Assembly (NCBI GenBank): GCA_040752415.1
Contig: JBFMGU010000207.1
Location: forward strand, 1 to 18,307
Reading direction: 5' to 3'
Length of the DNA stretch: 18,307 bases
DNA from: Myxococcota bacterium
GTDB lineage: Bacteria; Myxococcota; JACRCW01
Shown here one piece after another: positions 17,437 through 18,307 of this stretch. Position numbers and translations under genes: made by a program. Position 1 is the stretch's first letter, and each line of letters begins with the position of its first letter. The notes under the pieces were generated by a model that saw only the letters and a program-made list of their open reading frames with translations, was not told the origin of the DNA and did not search any database.

Positions 17437-18176
17437 ACGCAGCGCTCTTGTGCATCACGCTGGTGCTCGCGGGCTCGGCGGAGGACGCGCTGAAGGAGGC
17501 GTCGGAGCGCTACGCGCGCGGGGATGCCGCGGGTGCCGCGGATGCGTACGAGTCCGCGGTGGCGCAGGGCGCCGACGGCGTGGACGTGTATTTCAACCTG
17601 GGCACCGCGGCGCTCCGCGCGGGCGACGTGGGCCGTGCGGTGTGGGCGCTCATGGAGGCCCGCGCGCGGGACCCCTGGGATGACGACGTGCGGTTCAACC
17701 TGGAGCTCGCGCGCAAGGAGAACCCGGACACGCTGGTGGGGAGCGAGGAGCCGGCGTGGATGTCGGCATTGCTGCTCATCCCGCGTGCCCCGCTGGGCTG
17801 GGCGGCGTTCGCGCTGTTCGTGGCGTTCTGCGCGCTGCTGACGTTGCGTGGCCTGCTGGGACCCTCGCGTGCCGTCGAGCGGGCGGCGCGCTGGACGGGA
17901 GCGCTGACGTTCCTGCTCGGCGCGCTGGTGTTGGTGGTGGAGTCGACGGTGGGCGCGCCCGCGGCGGTGGTGGTGAGCAAGGAGGCGGTGGTGCGCAGCA
18001 CCGAGCGCGTCGACGGACCGGAGGCCTTCCGCGTGCACGCCGGTCTCCCCGTGCGTCCCATGGCGCCGGCGCGTGGCGGCCTGGTGCGCATCCGTCTGGC
18101 CAACGGTCTTGAGGGCTACGCGCCGGAGGAGGCCATCCGCGTCGTCGGCGGTCCCCCGTCGGTGAAGGCGATGTAG
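17433..18176 (+). CDS. batE: BatE-like TPR + TM + SH3-like protein (247 aa)
   Basis: ATGA overlap with batD; YFNLGTA...G.A..., DPWDDDVRFNL, two TM segments, C-terminal FRVHAG...VRIRLANGLEGY. Confidence 0.85.
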   Translation: MNAALLCITLVLAGSAEDALKEASERYARGDAAGAADAYESAVAQGADGVDVYFNLGTAALRAGDVGRAVWALMEARARDPWDDDVRFNLELARKENPDTLVGSEEPAWMSALLLIPRAPLGWAAFALFVAFCALLTLRGLLGPSRAVERAARWTGALTFLLGALVLVVESTVGAPAAVVVSKEAVVRSTERVDGPEAFRVHAGLPVRPMAPARGGLVRIRLANGLEGYAPEEAIRVVGGPPSVKAM

Positions 18177-18290
18177 GGGCCACGAAGCGGGTGAGCGGAA
18201 GCAGCGGCGCCCTGGAGAGGGTGTCTCGGAATATCTGGCGGCGATTGAACCGGAAACCCCGGTCACCCGGCCGCGAGGCGGAGGAGACCC

Positions 18291-18307
18291 TTGTTCCAGG
18301 CCGGGAG
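18291..18307 (+). CDS. Possible start of a downstream gene, truncated by the window edge
   Basis: GGAGGAG RBS followed by TTG TTC CAG GCC GGG. Too short to identify. Confidence 0.3.

Noticed and set aside
18291..18307. CarD-like start (MFQAG..)
   Set aside because: Only five codons are visible, which is insufficient to assign a family.

Overview
High-GC bacterial genomic DNA, probably from a myxobacterium or related deltaproteobacterium (inferred from GroEL style, the DGG-repeat BatC and the gene content). From left to right it holds: a CIRCE-controlled groES-groEL operon with a terminator; a DUF1232/YkvA-like gene; an unexplained ~250-300 bp long inverted-repeat element; a minus-strand operon (HExxH lipoprotein, Tat-exported fused [2Fe-2S]+molybdopterin subunit, PaoB/YagS-type FAD-[4Fe-4S] subunit, small 4-Cys protein, small acidic-tail protein); a small orphan antitoxin-like gene; pyruvate kinase; a di-heme RoxA/MauG-motif cytochrome c; a small secreted Cys/Met protein; a membrane protein; a second orphan antitoxin-like gene; and a batB-batC-batD-batE operon lacking batA/moxR. 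No rRNA, tRNA, CRISPR array, transposase or integrase was seen. The best leads are the exported molybdo-flavoenzyme operon with its coupled small Cys protein and lipoprotein, and the long palindrome directly downstream of it. All family assignments come from motif recognition by eye, not from database searches.
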